From Candidatus Thorarchaeota archaeon (GTDB taxonomy: Archaea > Asgardarchaeota > Thorarchaeia > Thorarchaeales > Thorarchaeaceae), in contig JBHIAE010000038.1 in NCBI GenBank assembly GCA_046758445.1, forward strand, positions 1 to 26,791: 26,791 nt of DNA, written 5' to 3'. Under the pieces are notes generated by a model. That model was not told where the DNA came from, made no database searches, and saw only the letters and a program-made list of their open reading frames with translations. Positions 26,624 through 26,791 of the stretch are shown in pieces. The translations under genes were made by a program, and so were the position numbers. Within the stretch, counting starts at the first letter, position 1; every line of letters starts with the position of its first letter.

Positions 26624-26791
26624 CTACTGATCATCCTTTCTCCGAAACGGATGCTCAGAAATGTACTGTGCTCTCATTCTCGCTCCTTCCTCGATATCCT
26701 CCTTTCTCTCTGGCTTTAGCGTGATCAGCTTTGAGAAGTATTCTCGGACTTCGTCAATTGAAGATCGGTCGACTTGAGCCTCCTCAGCCAA
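26624..26791 (-). CDS. Partial CDS (C-terminus), product unknown
   Basis: Open frame from the window edge, LAEEAQVDRSSIDEVREYFSKLITLKPERKEDIEEGARMRAQYISEHPFRRKDDQ, ending in TAG 26624-26626. Confidence 0.6.
   Translation of the reverse strand: MAEEAQVDRSSIDEVREYFSKLITLKPERKEDIEEGARMRAQYISEHPFRRKDDQ

Overview
Archaeal chromosomal window. An Asgard origin (probably Thorarchaeota) is inferred from a stand-alone Roadblock gene, Asgard-type longin domains, split Alg13/Alg14 genes, and archaeal TATA/Shine-Dalgarno signals. It has three parts. (1) 1-1900: an unusually long (about 600 codons when reconstructed) TnpB/Cas12f-like RuvC nuclease gene with a broken 5' third and an intact catalytic 3' part. 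(2) 2000-13935: AN1 zinc finger-M50 protease fusion, two related coiled-coil/winged-helix proteins, two PD-(D/E)XK nucleases, a Roadblock gene coupled to a divergent NifB-like radical SAM enzyme, a tandem paralogous pair of longin + double winged-helix proteins, DUF2797, AmrS, a transglutaminase-like protein and a basic unknown protein. (3) 14185-26791: a surface/N-glycan biosynthesis cluster (Alg13/Alg14, PIG-L deacetylase, GT2, three GT-B/GT4 enzymes, WecB, methyltransferase, dehydratase-nucleotidyltransferase-aminotransferase trio). The best candidate for a novel system is the longin-WH-WH pair, which resembles the GATOR1 subunits NPRL2/NPRL3 and converges on the Roadblock-nifB unit. No CRISPR array, tRNA or rRNA was found. 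All assignments come from motif recognition by eye, with no database searches.
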